From: an uncultured Candidatus Bathyarchaeia archaeon
GTDB lineage: Archaea; Thermoproteota; Bathyarchaeia; 40CM-2-53-6; RBG-13-38-9
Assembly (NCBI GenBank): GCA_964480955.1
Contig: CAYZRW010000007.1
Location: forward strand, 827 to 64,826
Direction of reading: 5' to 3'
DNA: 64,000 nucleotides
The translations under genes were made by a program, and so were the position numbers. The notes beneath the pieces are model-generated. The model did no database searches. It saw nothing but the letters and a program-made list of their open reading frames with translations, and was not told the DNA's origin. Below are positions 9,449 to 19,977 of the stretch, piece by piece (position 1 is the stretch's first letter; every line of letters starts with the position of its first letter).

Positions 9449-9723
9449 TGGATCACTTCTACAGATTTCTGTATTTTGAACAAAGGGAATTGTGAAAAAA
9501 CAACAGCCTCAAAGAAACACTTGAAAATTAGTAAAAGGAATTTGTTAAAAACACAAAGGCTGAGTTGCATATCTGAACTATTGAAGCTCAATCTTTGAGG
9601 CAGAAAACCTGAGTTGGTTACGAAATTGTGCTGTAGTCCAGCCTCAGGGCTGAGACCTAGGTTAAATATTTGAAGTCGACTTATTGAGAGAATCTTGTAT
9701 GATAGATTAGTGTTACCGGTAGA

Positions 9724-10119
9724 CTATTGGGCTGGTTTGAAAGCCAAGATAGTCCTCCCGTTCTCTTCTATATAGTCGGCAACCATACTCATTCCCAATT
9801 TGATCTTCTCTGGATTCTGAGCATCGACGCCCAGCAATCTCGCAGTCACCATCGGGCCCTCTTCCAGCTTGACAATGCCGACCGCGTAAGGCGCCTTCTC
9901 CTTGAGGAAGGTTGGAGGAACGTGAATGACGGTGAACGTTTCCAAAGATCCCTTCCCGCTGAACTGAACCCAATCAAGCCTCTTTCCTCTGCACTGGATG
10001 CAGACCAGCCTTGGGGGAACCATTAGGGCCTTGCAGTCTCCGCACGAGTTTCCCATGAGTTTCTTCTCTTTCAGAAAGTCGTAATACGATTTTACTGTGA
10101 ACGGCTTATCCTCTACCAC
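9724..10119 (-). CDS. DUF35 Zn-ribbon/OB-fold acyl-CoA-binding protein
   Basis: CGDC..MVPPRLVCIQC, G.LETFTVIH, PYAVGIVKLEEG; adjacent to thiolase. Confidence 0.9.
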   Translation of the reverse strand: MVEDKPFTVKSYYDFLKEKKLMGNSCGDCKALMVPPRLVCIQCRGKRLDWVQFSGKGSLETFTVIHVPPTFLKEKAPYAVGIVKLEEGPMVTARLLGVDAQNPEKIKLGMSMVADYIEENGRTILAFKPAQ

Positions 10120-10126
10120 GCAACAT

Positions 10127-11362
10127 TTACCTCCTTAGAATCTGGATGACGACGGTGCCTCCTGTGACCCCAACGTTCTGGGTAAGTCCAATCTCTGCGT
10201 CCTTTACCTGTCGACGATCGGCTTCGCCGCGGAGTTGCTTCCAAACCTCATATATCATTGCTACGCCCGTGGCTCCTATTGGGTGACCCCGCGCCTTAAG
10301 CCCACCATCAGTATTTATTGGTTTATCGCCGTCCAAGCCGGTCCTGCCCTCCTCGGCCGCTTTACCTCCTTCTCCCTTCTCAAAGAAACCTAGATCTTCG
10401 CTGGCAAGCAGTTCAGCAGAGGTGAAGCAGTCGTGGACCATAGCCAGGTCCACGTCTTTTGGCTTGATCCCCGCCATCTGGTAGGCCTTCCTAGAAGCCT
10501 CAACAGTTGCCTTCAGGGAGGTCAGGTCTGAGCGGTCGTGGAAAGCCATCGTGTCCGAGGCTTGGCCGATACCCGCCACCTTGATTGGTGTGTCAGTAAG
10601 TTTCTTGCTCATCTTTGACGATGTCAGGATTGCTGCGGAAGCGCCGTCAGATATGGGGCAGCAGTCGAAAAGCCTCAGCGGGTAAGCTATCATTGGGTTA
10701 GCTGATGACCTCAGGAAATCCATAGGGTCATTGAAAGTCAAACCTTTCTTTGCGCCAACCTTCCTCGCAATATCAATTACCTCGGACTGAAACTGGGCTT
10801 TAGGATTTAGAGAGGAGTTATGGTGATCCTTGATCGCCATTGCTGCAAGCTGCTCCCAGCAGGTTCCGTATCTCTTGAAGTGTGCAACAGCCATCATGGC
10901 GTAGAGGCCTGGATTGGTGAGTCCCGCTGGATATTCATACGCATTGTCCACACCCATGGCCAAGGCGTCCGTAATCGCCTCTGTGCTGAGTCTGGTCATC
11001 TTCTCTACTCCCCCTACCATCACAGTCTCGTACATGCCTGAGGCCACAGCCATCACGCCCATCTGGAACGCAACCCCTGAGCTTGCGCAGGCGTTCTCTA
11101 CTCTGATAGAGGGCTTCGGTCTCAGTCCAGACCAGTCCGCCGCAAGGCATGCTACGTGCGACTGATGTTCAAAGGTATCGCTCGAAAGATTACCTATTAT
11201 CAAAGCATCAATATCGTTAATCTCAATTCCGGAATCTACTGAACTCAGACTTTCAGAAACCGCTTCCTCGAAGAGCTCTCTACTGGACTTGTCAGCGTGA
11301 GCGGTGTGGTGGAAGAGCGTCATCCCCGCACCCACCATTGATACGTCACGAGCCAGCTTCAT
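10127..11362 (-). CDS. Thiolase family protein (SCP2-type)
   Basis: RVENACASS, GGVEKM, DCCPISDGA, VHDCFT, NTDGGLKARGHPIGATG. Confidence 0.92.
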   Translation of the reverse strand: MKLARDVSMVGAGMTLFHHTAHADKSSRELFEEAVSESLSSVDSGIEINDIDALIIGNLSSDTFEHQSHVACLAADWSGLRPKPSIRVENACASSGVAFQMGVMAVASGMYETVMVGGVEKMTRLSTEAITDALAMGVDNAYEYPAGLTNPGLYAMMAVAHFKRYGTCWEQLAAMAIKDHHNSSLNPKAQFQSEVIDIARKVGAKKGLTFNDPMDFLRSSANPMIAYPLRLFDCCPISDGASAAILTSSKMSKKLTDTPIKVAGIGQASDTMAFHDRSDLTSLKATVEASRKAYQMAGIKPKDVDLAMVHDCFTSAELLASEDLGFFEKGEGGKAAEEGRTGLDGDKPINTDGGLKARGHPIGATGVAMIYEVWKQLRGEADRRQVKDAEIGLTQNVGVTGGTVVIQILRR

Positions 11363-11476
11363 CCGAGTCTACCTTAGAGCCTACGGTTAATGGTTGGCTA
11401 CTTTTAATCTTTTTCAGCCTTCTCCCAGCGTGCGCTTGCCCGAATAAGAAATGTACGCCTCCATCAAAGAGGAGAT

Positions 11477-12061
11477 TTAACAGCGAGAATTCAACAAACC
11501 CTTTTCTGACAGTCTACCGATTATTACTTGGACTATCTCTTCTGGGGATTGCCTATCAGAGTCTACGAGGATCTCAGGTCTTTCCGGAGCCTCATATGGT
11601 GCACCAAAACCTGGAACAGTGCAGCTCTCGCCAGATCTGGCTTTTCTGTATATATCCTTGGGCGCCAAGTAACTCTCCGCCCTGGACTCTTCTCTCCCCA
11701 TACAGACCTCCAACGGGCAACGGAGGTAGACCTCAAGGAAACTACTTATTTGGCTTCTACAGCTGTCCCTATACCTTCGTCTATTCCCAGTTGCATCAAT
11801 GAGAACGTTGACACCGTTATCGGTCAATATCTTGGCAATGAAGGCTATGAGGCTGTACACCATCTCCCTCTCTTCCTCTGAATACTTCGGCTTAGGCGTG
11901 AGAATCTTTCGCAGGGCGTCTGACGAGATTATTTGAGACCGAATCCCCATCTCAGAGAGGCCTATCCATAGTCTGCGGGCCACAACCGATTTACCGCTAC
12001 CCGGCAGTCCGGTGATCCAGATCGCCCAGCCCTTGGAGCCCTCAGCACTCAACTGAACCAT
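11477..12061 (-). CDS. Adenylyl-sulfate kinase-like P-loop kinase
   Basis: IWITGLPGSGKS, EVYLRCPLEVC, VPGFGAPYEAP. Confidence 0.8.
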   Translation of the reverse strand: MVQLSAEGSKGWAIWITGLPGSGKSVVARRLWIGLSEMGIRSQIISSDALRKILTPKPKYSEEEREMVYSLIAFIAKILTDNGVNVLIDATGNRRRYRDSCRSQISSFLEVYLRCPLEVCMGREESRAESYLAPKDIYRKARSGESCTVPGFGAPYEAPERPEILVDSDRQSPEEIVQVIIGRLSEKGLLNSRC

Positions 12062-12179
12062 ACCACACTGACCAAGCCGATGGCTTAAAGAATCTACTCA
12101 TACTAAGAGTAAAGTTCGGCTTATGACCATTATTGTGATTGGTTTAGCCGTGGAGGGTTAGAGGACATAATCGAGGTGG

Positions 12180-13307
12180 ATGAACGTGAAGCTTCAGGTC
12201 GGTTCAGCTGTCTATGAAGTCAAACCTGAAAATATGGAAGCCTATCTACAGGGGCTGCTTAGGTGCCCTGTGAAGTTAGTATCGATCGAGAAGCTGGGGG
12301 AGGGATTTCACAATGCTGGTTTTCTCATAGTCTTCACCAGCGGTCGCAGGACTGGGAGAATCGTCATGAGGATCGTTCGTGGAGATACTGGCTGGGGGCA
12401 TGACTACTTGGGCGATCGCTGCGGAGTTCTGCTACTCCAACACAGACTGATGCAGATGGCGCCACCAGGAACATGCTCCAAGTCTCTCGACGTAGCCGCC
12501 ATGATGGCTGACGGCTCGATCAACTCTATCGGCGACTCTGTCGAATTCCTCCATTTCGTGGAGGAGGTGTCTGAGATAGAGAATACACCATACTCAGCCG
12601 ACCTCTTCGCCGTCTCAGACAGAGGAAGTCTATCCGATACGGACAGGCTTCGCGTCAAGATAGTAGCGGACTACTTGGCAGACCTACACTCCACCAAGAA
12701 ACCCAGTCCGAACCTGTACATGCGACATATTCGAGACCTCATAGGTCACGGGGAGATGCTCATGGGGGTCATAGATACGTATCCAGACCCTGATGATTTG
12801 AAATTCACTTCGAGACAGGAGTTCGAGAGGATAGAGTCCGAGTCTGTCCGCTGGAGAAACAGGATAAAACACCTCTACCACAGATGCAGCAGAATTCACG
12901 GAGACATGCATCCTTTTGGAAATGTGAGATTCACCAAAGACAACTCGCTTTTGGCCCTGGACCTCTCAAGGGAGGAGTTCGGTGAACCCGCGGACGACGT
13001 CACGGGCATGAGCATAAACTACATCTTCTTCAGCATATGGAGACACGGAGAGTTGATATCGCCTTTCAAGGAGCTCTTCAACATATTCCTTGAGAGGTAC
13101 TTGGAGAGAACCAGAGATCTCGACATCCTCAAGGTGATGGCGCCGTTCTACGCATTCAGAGGGACCGTGGTCGCTCACCCTATCTACTACCCGAAACTCG
13201 ATCCGAGTAGAAGGAGGAAGATCTTTAACTTCATAATCAACGTCCTGAGTGAGGAAGAGTTCGACCCCGCAAAGGTCGAATCTTACTTGGAGACCAAACC
13301 AAGTTAA
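12180..13307 (+). CDS. Aminoglycoside phosphotransferase (APH)-like kinase
   Basis: LGEGFHN Gly-rich loop, RIHGDMHPFGN catalytic loop, GEPADD. Confidence 0.75.
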   Translation: MNVKLQVGSAVYEVKPENMEAYLQGLLRCPVKLVSIEKLGEGFHNAGFLIVFTSGRRTGRIVMRIVRGDTGWGHDYLGDRCGVLLLQHRLMQMAPPGTCSKSLDVAAMMADGSINSIGDSVEFLHFVEEVSEIENTPYSADLFAVSDRGSLSDTDRLRVKIVADYLADLHSTKKPSPNLYMRHIRDLIGHGEMLMGVIDTYPDPDDLKFTSRQEFERIESESVRWRNRIKHLYHRCSRIHGDMHPFGNVRFTKDNSLLALDLSREEFGEPADDVTGMSINYIFFSIWRHGELISPFKELFNIFLERYLERTRDLDILKVMAPFYAFRGTVVAHPIYYPKLDPSRRRKIFNFIINVLSEEEFDPAKVESYLETKPS

Positions 13308-13335
13308 ATAGAAAGTAGACTGAGAGGCTGTCTCC

Positions 13336-14589
13336 ATGGAATATAAGATCAAAGACGCGAAACTCCACGAAGCAGGATCAAGGTCTATCAGCTGGGCAGA
13401 GGCGCACATGCCCATACTCCTGACGATAAGGAGAGAATTTGAGAAGAGAAAGCCACTGGCAAATCTAAGGTTGGGTGCGTCCCTACATGTAACGAAGGAG
13501 ACCGCGGTCCTCATCCGCACCTTGATCGCCGGAGGCGCAGAGGTTGACCTGTGCGGATCGAATCCCCTCTCCACTCAAGACGATGTCGCAGCCGCGCTCG
13601 CAAAAGAGGGTGTTCACGTCTACGCTTGGAGGGGTGAAAGCACCGAAGAATATTACTGGTGCCTAGAAAGGGTTGCTGACTACAAGCCCAACATAACCCT
13701 GGACGATGGTGCGGACCTGGTGAGCCTGATACATACCGAGAGACCGCACCTTGCAGAAGAGGTGATTGGGGGAACAGAGGAGACTACTAGCGGAGTCATC
13801 AGACTCAGGGCCATGGCGAATTCTGGCAGGCTCAAGTACCCTATAATCGCCGTCAACGACGCTTACTCCAAGTATCTATTCGACAATAGGTATGGTACAG
13901 GTCAGAGTACAATAGACGGAATTCTAAGGGCAACAGCCCTGCTACTTGCAGGCAAGGACTTCGTTGTATGTGGATACGGTTGGTGTGGAAGGGGCATAGC
14001 TGCAAGGGCCCGGGGTATGGGAGCGAACGTCACGGTTACAGAGGTTGATCCTTTAAGGGCTCTCGAGGCTGCGATGGACGGTTTCAAGGTCATGCCCATT
14101 GGAGAAGCTGCAAGAATCGGGGATATGTTCGTCACAGCAACAGGCGATATCCACGTAATAACCAAGAAGGAGATGGGGGAAATGAAAGACGGAGCAATCT
14201 TAGCCAACGCCGGCCACTTCAACATCGAAGTGAACGTAAAGGATCTGGAGTCTATATCGAACTCCAAGAGAACAGTAAGACCCAACGTGGAGGAGTATCT
14301 TCTGAGAGACGGGAGAAGGCTGTACCTCCTTGCGGAGGGAAGACTGGTCAACCTAGCGGCTGCTGAGGGTCATCCATGCGAGGTCATGATGATGTCCTTC
14401 GCAAACCAAGCGCTCACAGCCGAGTATATTGCAGGGGAGGGAAGGAAGCTAGAGAAGAAAGTTCACAGGGTTCCTGAAGAAATAGACAGGAAAGTAGCCC
14501 GGATGGCCCTTGAAAGCATGAGAATCAAAATAGACACTTTAACGGAAAAACAGAGAGAATATCTAAGAAGCTGGGAGGCAGGAACATAG
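13336..14589 (+). CDS. ahcY: S-adenosylhomocysteine hydrolase
   Basis: [54 protein letters not shown]. Confidence 0.97.
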   Translation: MEYKIKDAKLHEAGSRSISWAEAHMPILLTIRREFEKRKPLANLRLGASLHVTKETAVLIRTLIAGGAEVDLCGSNPLSTQDDVAAALAKEGVHVYAWRGESTEEYYWCLERVADYKPNITLDDGADLVSLIHTERPHLAEEVIGGTEETTSGVIRLRAMANSGRLKYPIIAVNDAYSKYLFDNRYGTGQSTIDGILRATALLLAGKDFVVCGYGWCGRGIAARARGMGANVTVTEVDPLRALEAAMDGFKVMPIGEAARIGDMFVTATGDIHVITKKEMGEMKDGAILANAGHFNIEVNVKDLESISNSKRTVRPNVEEYLLRDGRRLYLLAEGRLVNLAAAEGHPCEVMMMSFANQALTAEYIAGEGRKLEKKVHRVPEEIDRKVARMALESMRIKIDTLTEKQREYLRSWEAGT

Positions 14590-14724
14590 ATCACCTCCAA
14601 GACGCGCCTTCGAAACCCATTCCAAAAGAGGATCTTAGACAAGAAGTACTCAGCTAACCCGTAGCTCTACAAGAGCAGATTCCACAGTTACGTATGTATA
14701 TGAGGCACACCAAAACAGAGCTCA

Positions 14725-16476
14725 GTGACCATTTTGACCTCCCCAGACGAATTGAGGGAAACCATAAGGCGGCACGCGCTTCTCAACGCAGCTGCTCACG
14801 GAGGAAAGGCTGATGTCGGGGCGGTCGTGGGCAGAGTTCTCGGAGAGAAAGCTGAGCTGAGGAAGCAGGCCAAGGAAGTAACTAAGCTCGTCTCCGAGAT
14901 CGTGCTCGAAGTGAACAAACTCACGCTTGAGGAACAGAAGGATATACTCAGGAGGCGCTGGCCTGATGCGCTTGAGCCGCCAAAGGCCGAGGGCCCGAAA
15001 ACCCTTCCTCCCCTGGCAAACGCTGAGAAGTACACTGAGATCGTGACTAGATTCTCCCCCAACCCTGACTGCGCTCTGCATCTAGGTTCAGTCAGAGCCG
15101 TAATTCTCTCCCACGACTATGCCAGAATGTACAAGGGAAGGTTCCTCCTCAGATTTGAGGATACAGACCCGCGGCTCAAGAAGTCCGCGCTCATATTCTA
15201 CGACATGATAAGGGATGACCTGTCATGGCTTGGCTGCAAATGGGATGTTGAGTATATTCAGAGCGACAGGCTCCCTATCTACTACGAATATGCAGGAAAG
15301 CTTCTGGAGATTGGCGGAGCCTATGTTTGTACATGCAGACCCGAGTCATTCAGAGCAGACGCCCTCGCCATGAAACCCTGCGGGTGCAGAGACCTCTCAG
15401 CGACAGAGCATCTGGAGAGGTGGGACAGGATGATGGGCGGAGGCTACGTTGAGGGGGAGGCTGTGGTCCGTATCAAGACAGATCTCACCCATCCAAACCC
15501 AGCCGTCAGAGACTGGCCGGCGCTGAGAATAATCGATACAGAGAAGAATCCTCACCCGAGGGTAGGCTCCAAATACAGGGTCTGGCCCCTCTACAACTTC
15601 TCAACGGGAATAGATGACCACCTCATGGGTGTAACCCACATCATAAGGGGAAAAGAACACCTCACAAACATGACCAGACAACTCTACCTGTACAACCACC
15701 TATCTTGGACTTATCCTGAGACGACCCATTATGGCAGACTCAAGGTTGAGGGAGCCACCCTCAGCAAATCCAAGATAATACAGATGCTCTCTGAAGGCTC
15801 AGTCAAGAGTCTGGACGATCCAAGACTAGCCACCCTTGTAGCCTTGAGGAGAAGAGGCATAAGTCCGGAAGCGCTGCGCACTGTTGCCATGCAGATCGGC
15901 CCGAGACCGGTCGACGCAACGCTCAGCTGGGAGAACATCTACGCGATCAACAGGAAGATCATAGACCCAGAAGCCAACAGATACTTCTTCATCCATGAAC
16001 CATTAGAGCTACTGGTCGACGGTATATCGGAACCATACACATCCAAACCGCTCCTGAATCCAAATGACCCATCCAGAGGATGTCGCACCCTCAATATCAA
16101 GCCAGAGCATCACAAGGCGAAGCTACTAGTCTCGAGGGGCGACTTGGAGGTCCTGAAGAGGGGACTTGTCAGGTTGATGGAGCTCTTCAATATTGAGTAC
16201 ATCAGGTCTGAACGAGACGTGATCTTGGCTAGACTGCATAGTGGAAGTTACTCTGAAGCCCGAAGGCTTGGGGCACCCCTCATCCATTGGCTACCATATG
16301 AGGGCAACGTTAAGGTGGAGACTGTGATGCCCGACGCGACGGTGATGTCTGGTGTGGGAGAGCCCGGCTTGGCCGGTGAGAAACCTAACAGGATGGTCCA
16401 GTTGGTAAGGTTTGGGTTTGGAAGAATGGACGAGATAGGGAGCAATCTCGTAAGGATCTATTACGCTCACAATTAG
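14725..16476 (+). CDS. gltX: Glutamyl-tRNA synthetase (archaeal type)
   Basis: TRFSPNPD..LHLG, LRFEDTDP, THIIRGKEH, LSKS. Confidence 0.95.
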   Translation: MTILTSPDELRETIRRHALLNAAAHGGKADVGAVVGRVLGEKAELRKQAKEVTKLVSEIVLEVNKLTLEEQKDILRRRWPDALEPPKAEGPKTLPPLANAEKYTEIVTRFSPNPDCALHLGSVRAVILSHDYARMYKGRFLLRFEDTDPRLKKSALIFYDMIRDDLSWLGCKWDVEYIQSDRLPIYYEYAGKLLEIGGAYVCTCRPESFRADALAMKPCGCRDLSATEHLERWDRMMGGGYVEGEAVVRIKTDLTHPNPAVRDWPALRIIDTEKNPHPRVGSKYRVWPLYNFSTGIDDHLMGVTHIIRGKEHLTNMTRQLYLYNHLSWTYPETTHYGRLKVEGATLSKSKIIQMLSEGSVKSLDDPRLATLVALRRRGISPEALRTVAMQIGPRPVDATLSWENIYAINRKIIDPEANRYFFIHEPLELLVDGISEPYTSKPLLNPNDPSRGCRTLNIKPEHHKAKLLVSRGDLEVLKRGLVRLMELFNIEYIRSERDVILARLHSGSYSEARRLGAPLIHWLPYEGNVKVETVMPDATVMSGVGEPGLAGEKPNRMVQLVRFGFGRMDEIGSNLVRIYYAHN

Positions 16477-16503
16477 CCTTCGTGAAGGGTGAAAGCCCGC
16501 ATT

Positions 16504-17472
16504 CTAGACCTTGGGAGTCTCGCCTTTCTGAGACCGTCCGGCAGGATTAGGTCCGGCGGTTGAGTAGTATGGTTTACGGAGGTTGATGGCCTCTGTGAAG
16601 ATTCTGCGTAGAACCTCAGGGTTCTCTCCACGCCTCAGAGGCGTCAGGATGTCCAGCAGATTATCATGAACCATCAAGCAAGGCTTCAACTTACCGTCAC
16701 TGGTCAGCCTGAGCTTGGTGCAGTTCATGCAGAACTCAGTATTCTCAACCGGCCTAACTATCTCCACATCGAGGTCCCCCAACGTGTAGACTTTCCTATT
16801 CTGCATGGAGTGTCTGACTCTGACATGGCTTGCCTTCGAGGATATTTCTCGCTCGAGGTCGTCGAGAGGATAGTGGTACTGCTGGTAGAATTCTTCACCC
16901 TTCTTTACAGGCTCAAGCTCTATCAGCTGGAGTATCGCGCCAACATCCTCCGCGAAACGCATCATTGGCTGAATCTCATCTGAGTTAAGTCCTCGTAGCA
17001 AGACCATGTTTATCTTGATCGGTTTGAGCCCCGCCTCTGCGGCAGATTTGACGCCGGCTATGGCTTGGTCGATCTCCCTGCCCACTATCTTCTTGTAAGT
17101 CTCCCTGTTTGTTGAGGGAAGGTTGATGTTGACCCTGTTGAGTCCTGACCGCTTCAGCTGAAGCGCCTTCTCCAAGGTGAGTTGCCGGGCGTTGGTGACG
17201 AGGGAGTTCTCCATTATGCTCGGGAGGCCTGCGAGGAGGCGAATAATCTCGTCTATGTCTTTTCTGGTGAGGGGTTCTCCACCGGTGAGCTTGACTTTTC
17301 TCACGCCAAACTCAGTAGCTATTCTGGTTATGTTGAGGATCTCCTGAGGAGTCATCTCGTCGTGGGAGTGCTCTTGGCCCTCCCTGTGGCAGTAGAAGCA
17401 GTCTAGGTCACAATTCTGCGTTAGGGATATTCTCAGGTTGGTTACTGGGCGACCGTATCTGTCGGCTACCAA
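16504..17472 (-). CDS. moaA: GTP 3',8-cyclase MoaA
   Basis: DRYGRPVTNLRISLTQNCDLDCFYC radical-SAM motif; FCMNCTKLRLTSDGKLKPCL. Confidence 0.95.
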   Translation of the reverse strand: MVADRYGRPVTNLRISLTQNCDLDCFYCHREGQEHSHDEMTPQEILNITRIATEFGVRKVKLTGGEPLTRKDIDEIIRLLAGLPSIMENSLVTNARQLTLEKALQLKRSGLNRVNINLPSTNRETYKKIVGREIDQAIAGVKSAAEAGLKPIKINMVLLRGLNSDEIQPMMRFAEDVGAILQLIELEPVKKGEEFYQQYHYPLDDLEREISSKASHVRVRHSMQNRKVYTLGDLDVEIVRPVENTEFCMNCTKLRLTSDGKLKPCLMVHDNLLDILTPLRRGENPEVLRRIFTEAINLRKPYYSTAGPNPAGRSQKGETPKV

Positions 17473-17479
17473 GCTTCAG

Positions 17480-18013
17480 TCATCCTCCGTGGGCATGCTT
17501 GAGTATATGTGCAAGTTCGGGTAGAATGAGTTTGTCAAGCGACCTCTTGACCGCGTCTGGTGAACCTGGGATGCAGAATATTGGTTTCTTTGAGGCTATT
17601 CCCGCGGTCGCCCTTGTCAGGATCGCTGGGGAACCTATCTCGTCATAGCTTATTCTTCTGAGGGCCTCACCAAATCCGGGAAGTTTCTTCTCGAATACTC
17701 TTTCAGCGACCTCTATCGTTATGTCGTCTTGCGAGACGCCTGTACCTCCGGTCACTATTATCGAGTCGACCTCGGGGTTATTGAGTGCCTCTGAAAGAGT
17801 CGATAGGAGGATCTTCTCGTCGTCGGGGACGAGTCTCCTCCCGCGTACAGAGTGCCCATGCTCCTTCATTCTATTCTCGATTAGGTCGCCTGAGGGGTCT
17901 GAAGGTTTCTCCCCAGACTTTTCTTGGCGGAACCTGGAGGTGCTGCAGGTTATTATGAGTGCCCCCTTGCTTGGGGCCGCTCCCGCCTTGTGGATTCTCG
18001 ACGTCTCGCTCAT
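17480..18013 (-). CDS. moaB: MoaB/MogA molybdopterin adenylyltransferase
   Basis: TGGTGVSQDDITIE, PGFGE, TRATAG, IPGSP. Confidence 0.92.
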   Translation of the reverse strand: MSETSRIHKAGAAPSKGALIITCSTSRFRQEKSGEKPSDPSGDLIENRMKEHGHSVRGRRLVPDDEKILLSTLSEALNNPEVDSIIVTGGTGVSQDDITIEVAERVFEKKLPGFGEALRRISYDEIGSPAILTRATAGIASKKPIFCIPGSPDAVKRSLDKLILPELAHILKHAHGG

Positions 18014-18468
18014 CAGGTTGGTGCCTTCAGTTTTTCTTTCACTTTGACATACTCGATCCAGGTTTCTGGGTATTGTCCGCGGTCGTCCTTCTCAATCTTC
18101 TTGACCATATCCCATATGTTTAGAAGGTATACTGTGGCCGCGACGAGGGCCTCCATCTCCACTCCTGTCTTGGCTGTGGCTTTGACGCGTGCCTCCACGT
18201 CGATGAAGTCTTCGCCTATGGATGCGGATGTCTCAATCTTTGTTATCGGGATAGGGTGGCACATGGGCAGTAGTTGGCTTGTGTTCTTTGCGGCCAGGTT
18301 GGCTCCAACCTCTGCGATAGATATGGGGTCTCCCTTCTCGATCTTTCCTTCTCTGACCATCTTGGCGGTCTCTGGTTTCAGTCTCAGTCTGCCTACTGCG
18401 GTGGCCTCTCTAAAGATCTCCTCCTTGCTTGATATGTCAACCATCTTGAATCTGTTCGTTCGCTGCAT
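18013..18468 (-). CDS. moaC: Cyclic pyranopterin monophosphate synthase MoaC
   Basis: MVDISSK, LPMCHPI, TGVEMEAL, WDMVK. Confidence 0.95.
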   Translation of the reverse strand: MQRTNRFKMVDISSKEEIFREATAVGRLRLKPETAKMVREGKIEKGDPISIAEVGANLAAKNTSQLLPMCHPIPITKIETSASIGEDFIDVEARVKATAKTGVEMEALVAATVYLLNIWDMVKKIEKDDRGQYPETWIEYVKVKEKLKAPT

Positions 18469-18674
18469 CAGACAACCTCATCTTCTGCCTATTCGCACTG
18501 GCCCAAACCCAGTCTCTTGACGCTGAATCTCTTTGGTTACAATCTCTTTATTTATAGATTCTGATCTGTGACGGTAGCTGCTTGTCTCCGAGAGAATCTC
18601 GACATTGGCGTCTGGGCGAGGTATAACTCAAACTTCTCTGCGGTGAATATTAGCCTTTCTTCACCCTGCAAGAC

Positions 18675-19910
18675 TTAGGCTTGATGGCTTCCTTTGGAAT
18701 TTGGGGAGAAGACTTCTAGTGCAGACTCTATACATTTTATGATGGCCGAGGCTGGCGTTGACGCCAAACCTACCAGCGTGGTTCTTCCTTTGTTGCCTTT
18801 TCCCGAAATCTTCGTCGAGACCAAACCTGTTGCGCTCAGTATCCTCACGTACTTCCAAAACTGCGTGTGCTCCCTGGGTGGATAATCATATTCTTCACAG
18901 ACAACCCTGTAGGCCCTCTCCAGATCACCCATGCTTGTGTAGGCTAGGTTGTTCTCTTCTAGGGATCTTGCTAGGGCTAGAAGAAGCAGTTTCTCGTTGA
19001 CTGAGAGCGCCGTCAAGTATTCATCCCTCAGGGTTTGGTAGATTGCTCCAGCGGCTTTTCTGACATGCTCAGGCTTGACTTCCCTGCTTTCTTCAGAGTC
19101 AGCGTATTTACCTGCCCTCCAGAGAAGCTCAATGGCGTAACGCGCGTCTCCACTCACTGAGGCTGTGTCAGCGGCGAGTTCCATCGTATCGTCTTGAACA
19201 GAGCCTTCCTTGAAGGCTAGGGTGACCCTGCCTTTCAGGATAGCCACAAGCTCGCTGGACGAGTATGGTTTCAGCTCGATGAAGTTCTGTTGGAGTGTAC
19301 TTATGGTGCTTCGGTCCAGATTCTCCAAATACTTTGGGTCTCTAAGGATGCATATCAGTGAGAGACGTATAGGCGCGGTGACTCTATCTTCCTGAACCCT
19401 AGTCAGGGCGTAGAGTGCTGAGCTATCGGCTTCCAGTAAAGCCTCAATCTCGTCCAAAGCCAGTATCAGGGTCAGGTTCCTGTCATCTAGAACAGACATG
19501 ATTGCCTGCAGGAGCTCTTCTGACGAGAAGCCTCTCTTTGGAAACTGCTCTTCTAACCCATTCATCACCTTCCTAAGGACTGCAAATAAACTTCCTTTAC
19601 ATTCGCGACAGTTGACATGAAAGTAGCGTAGGCCTATCTTCCTCTCTTTTGCGGCGTTGACTATGTCCAAGCCGAACCTCTGAGCAATCACCGTCTTTCC
19701 AGTACCTACAGGACCCATTATCAAGACTCTCTGACTTGTAGATCTAGGCTTCTCTAGAAGAGACCTGAAGAGATGTGTTAGGAAGGTTAGTTGGTCTTCC
19801 CTGTGAGGAAGCTTTGCTGGAATATGCTCTATTGATAGTGGAACCTCATCTTTGAAGACGGTTGGTCTGAGTAGAACCTGCCTTATCAGGTCGTCTCTGT
19901 ACTCTGCGAT
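18675..19910 (-). CDS. cdc6: Orc1/Cdc6 replication initiator; start non-canonical and approximate
   Basis: Walker A GPVGTGKT, LDEIE, SGDARYA, wH C-terminus. The conserved N-terminus VFKDE..L..EHIP.KLPHRE.Q lies in frame upstream of the ORF-track start (19724), with no ATG/GTG/TTG before the stop at 19935-19937. Confidence 0.9.
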   Translation of the reverse strand: MAEYRDDLIRQVLLRPTVFKDEVPLSIEHIPAKLPHREDQLTFLTHLFRSLLEKPRSTSQRVLIMGPVGTGKTVIAQRFGLDIVNAAKERKIGLRYFHVNCRECKGSLFAVLRKVMNGLEEQFPKRGFSSEELLQAIMSVLDDRNLTLILALDEIEALLEADSSALYALTRVQEDRVTAPIRLSLICILRDPKYLENLDRSTISTLQQNFIELKPYSSSELVAILKGRVTLAFKEGSVQDDTMELAADTASVSGDARYAIELLWRAGKYADSEESREVKPEHVRKAAGAIYQTLRDEYLTALSVNEKLLLLALARSLEENNLAYTSMGDLERAYRVVCEEYDYPPREHTQFWKYVRILSATGLVSTKISGKGNKGRTTLVGLASTPASAIIKCIESALEVFSPNSKGSHQA

Positions 19911-19977
19911 CCTACCAACCGTAAGGTTCCCACCTCATCGAGTTTCGCGACTATATTAATTCTCGATATTAGGTGCA

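Noticed and set aside
19911-19938. A third intron joining ATG 19938 to the cdc6 frame via the AACC-TTAC-GGTT hairpin
   Set aside because: No 4-bp central helix can be formed, so it lacks BHB geometry.
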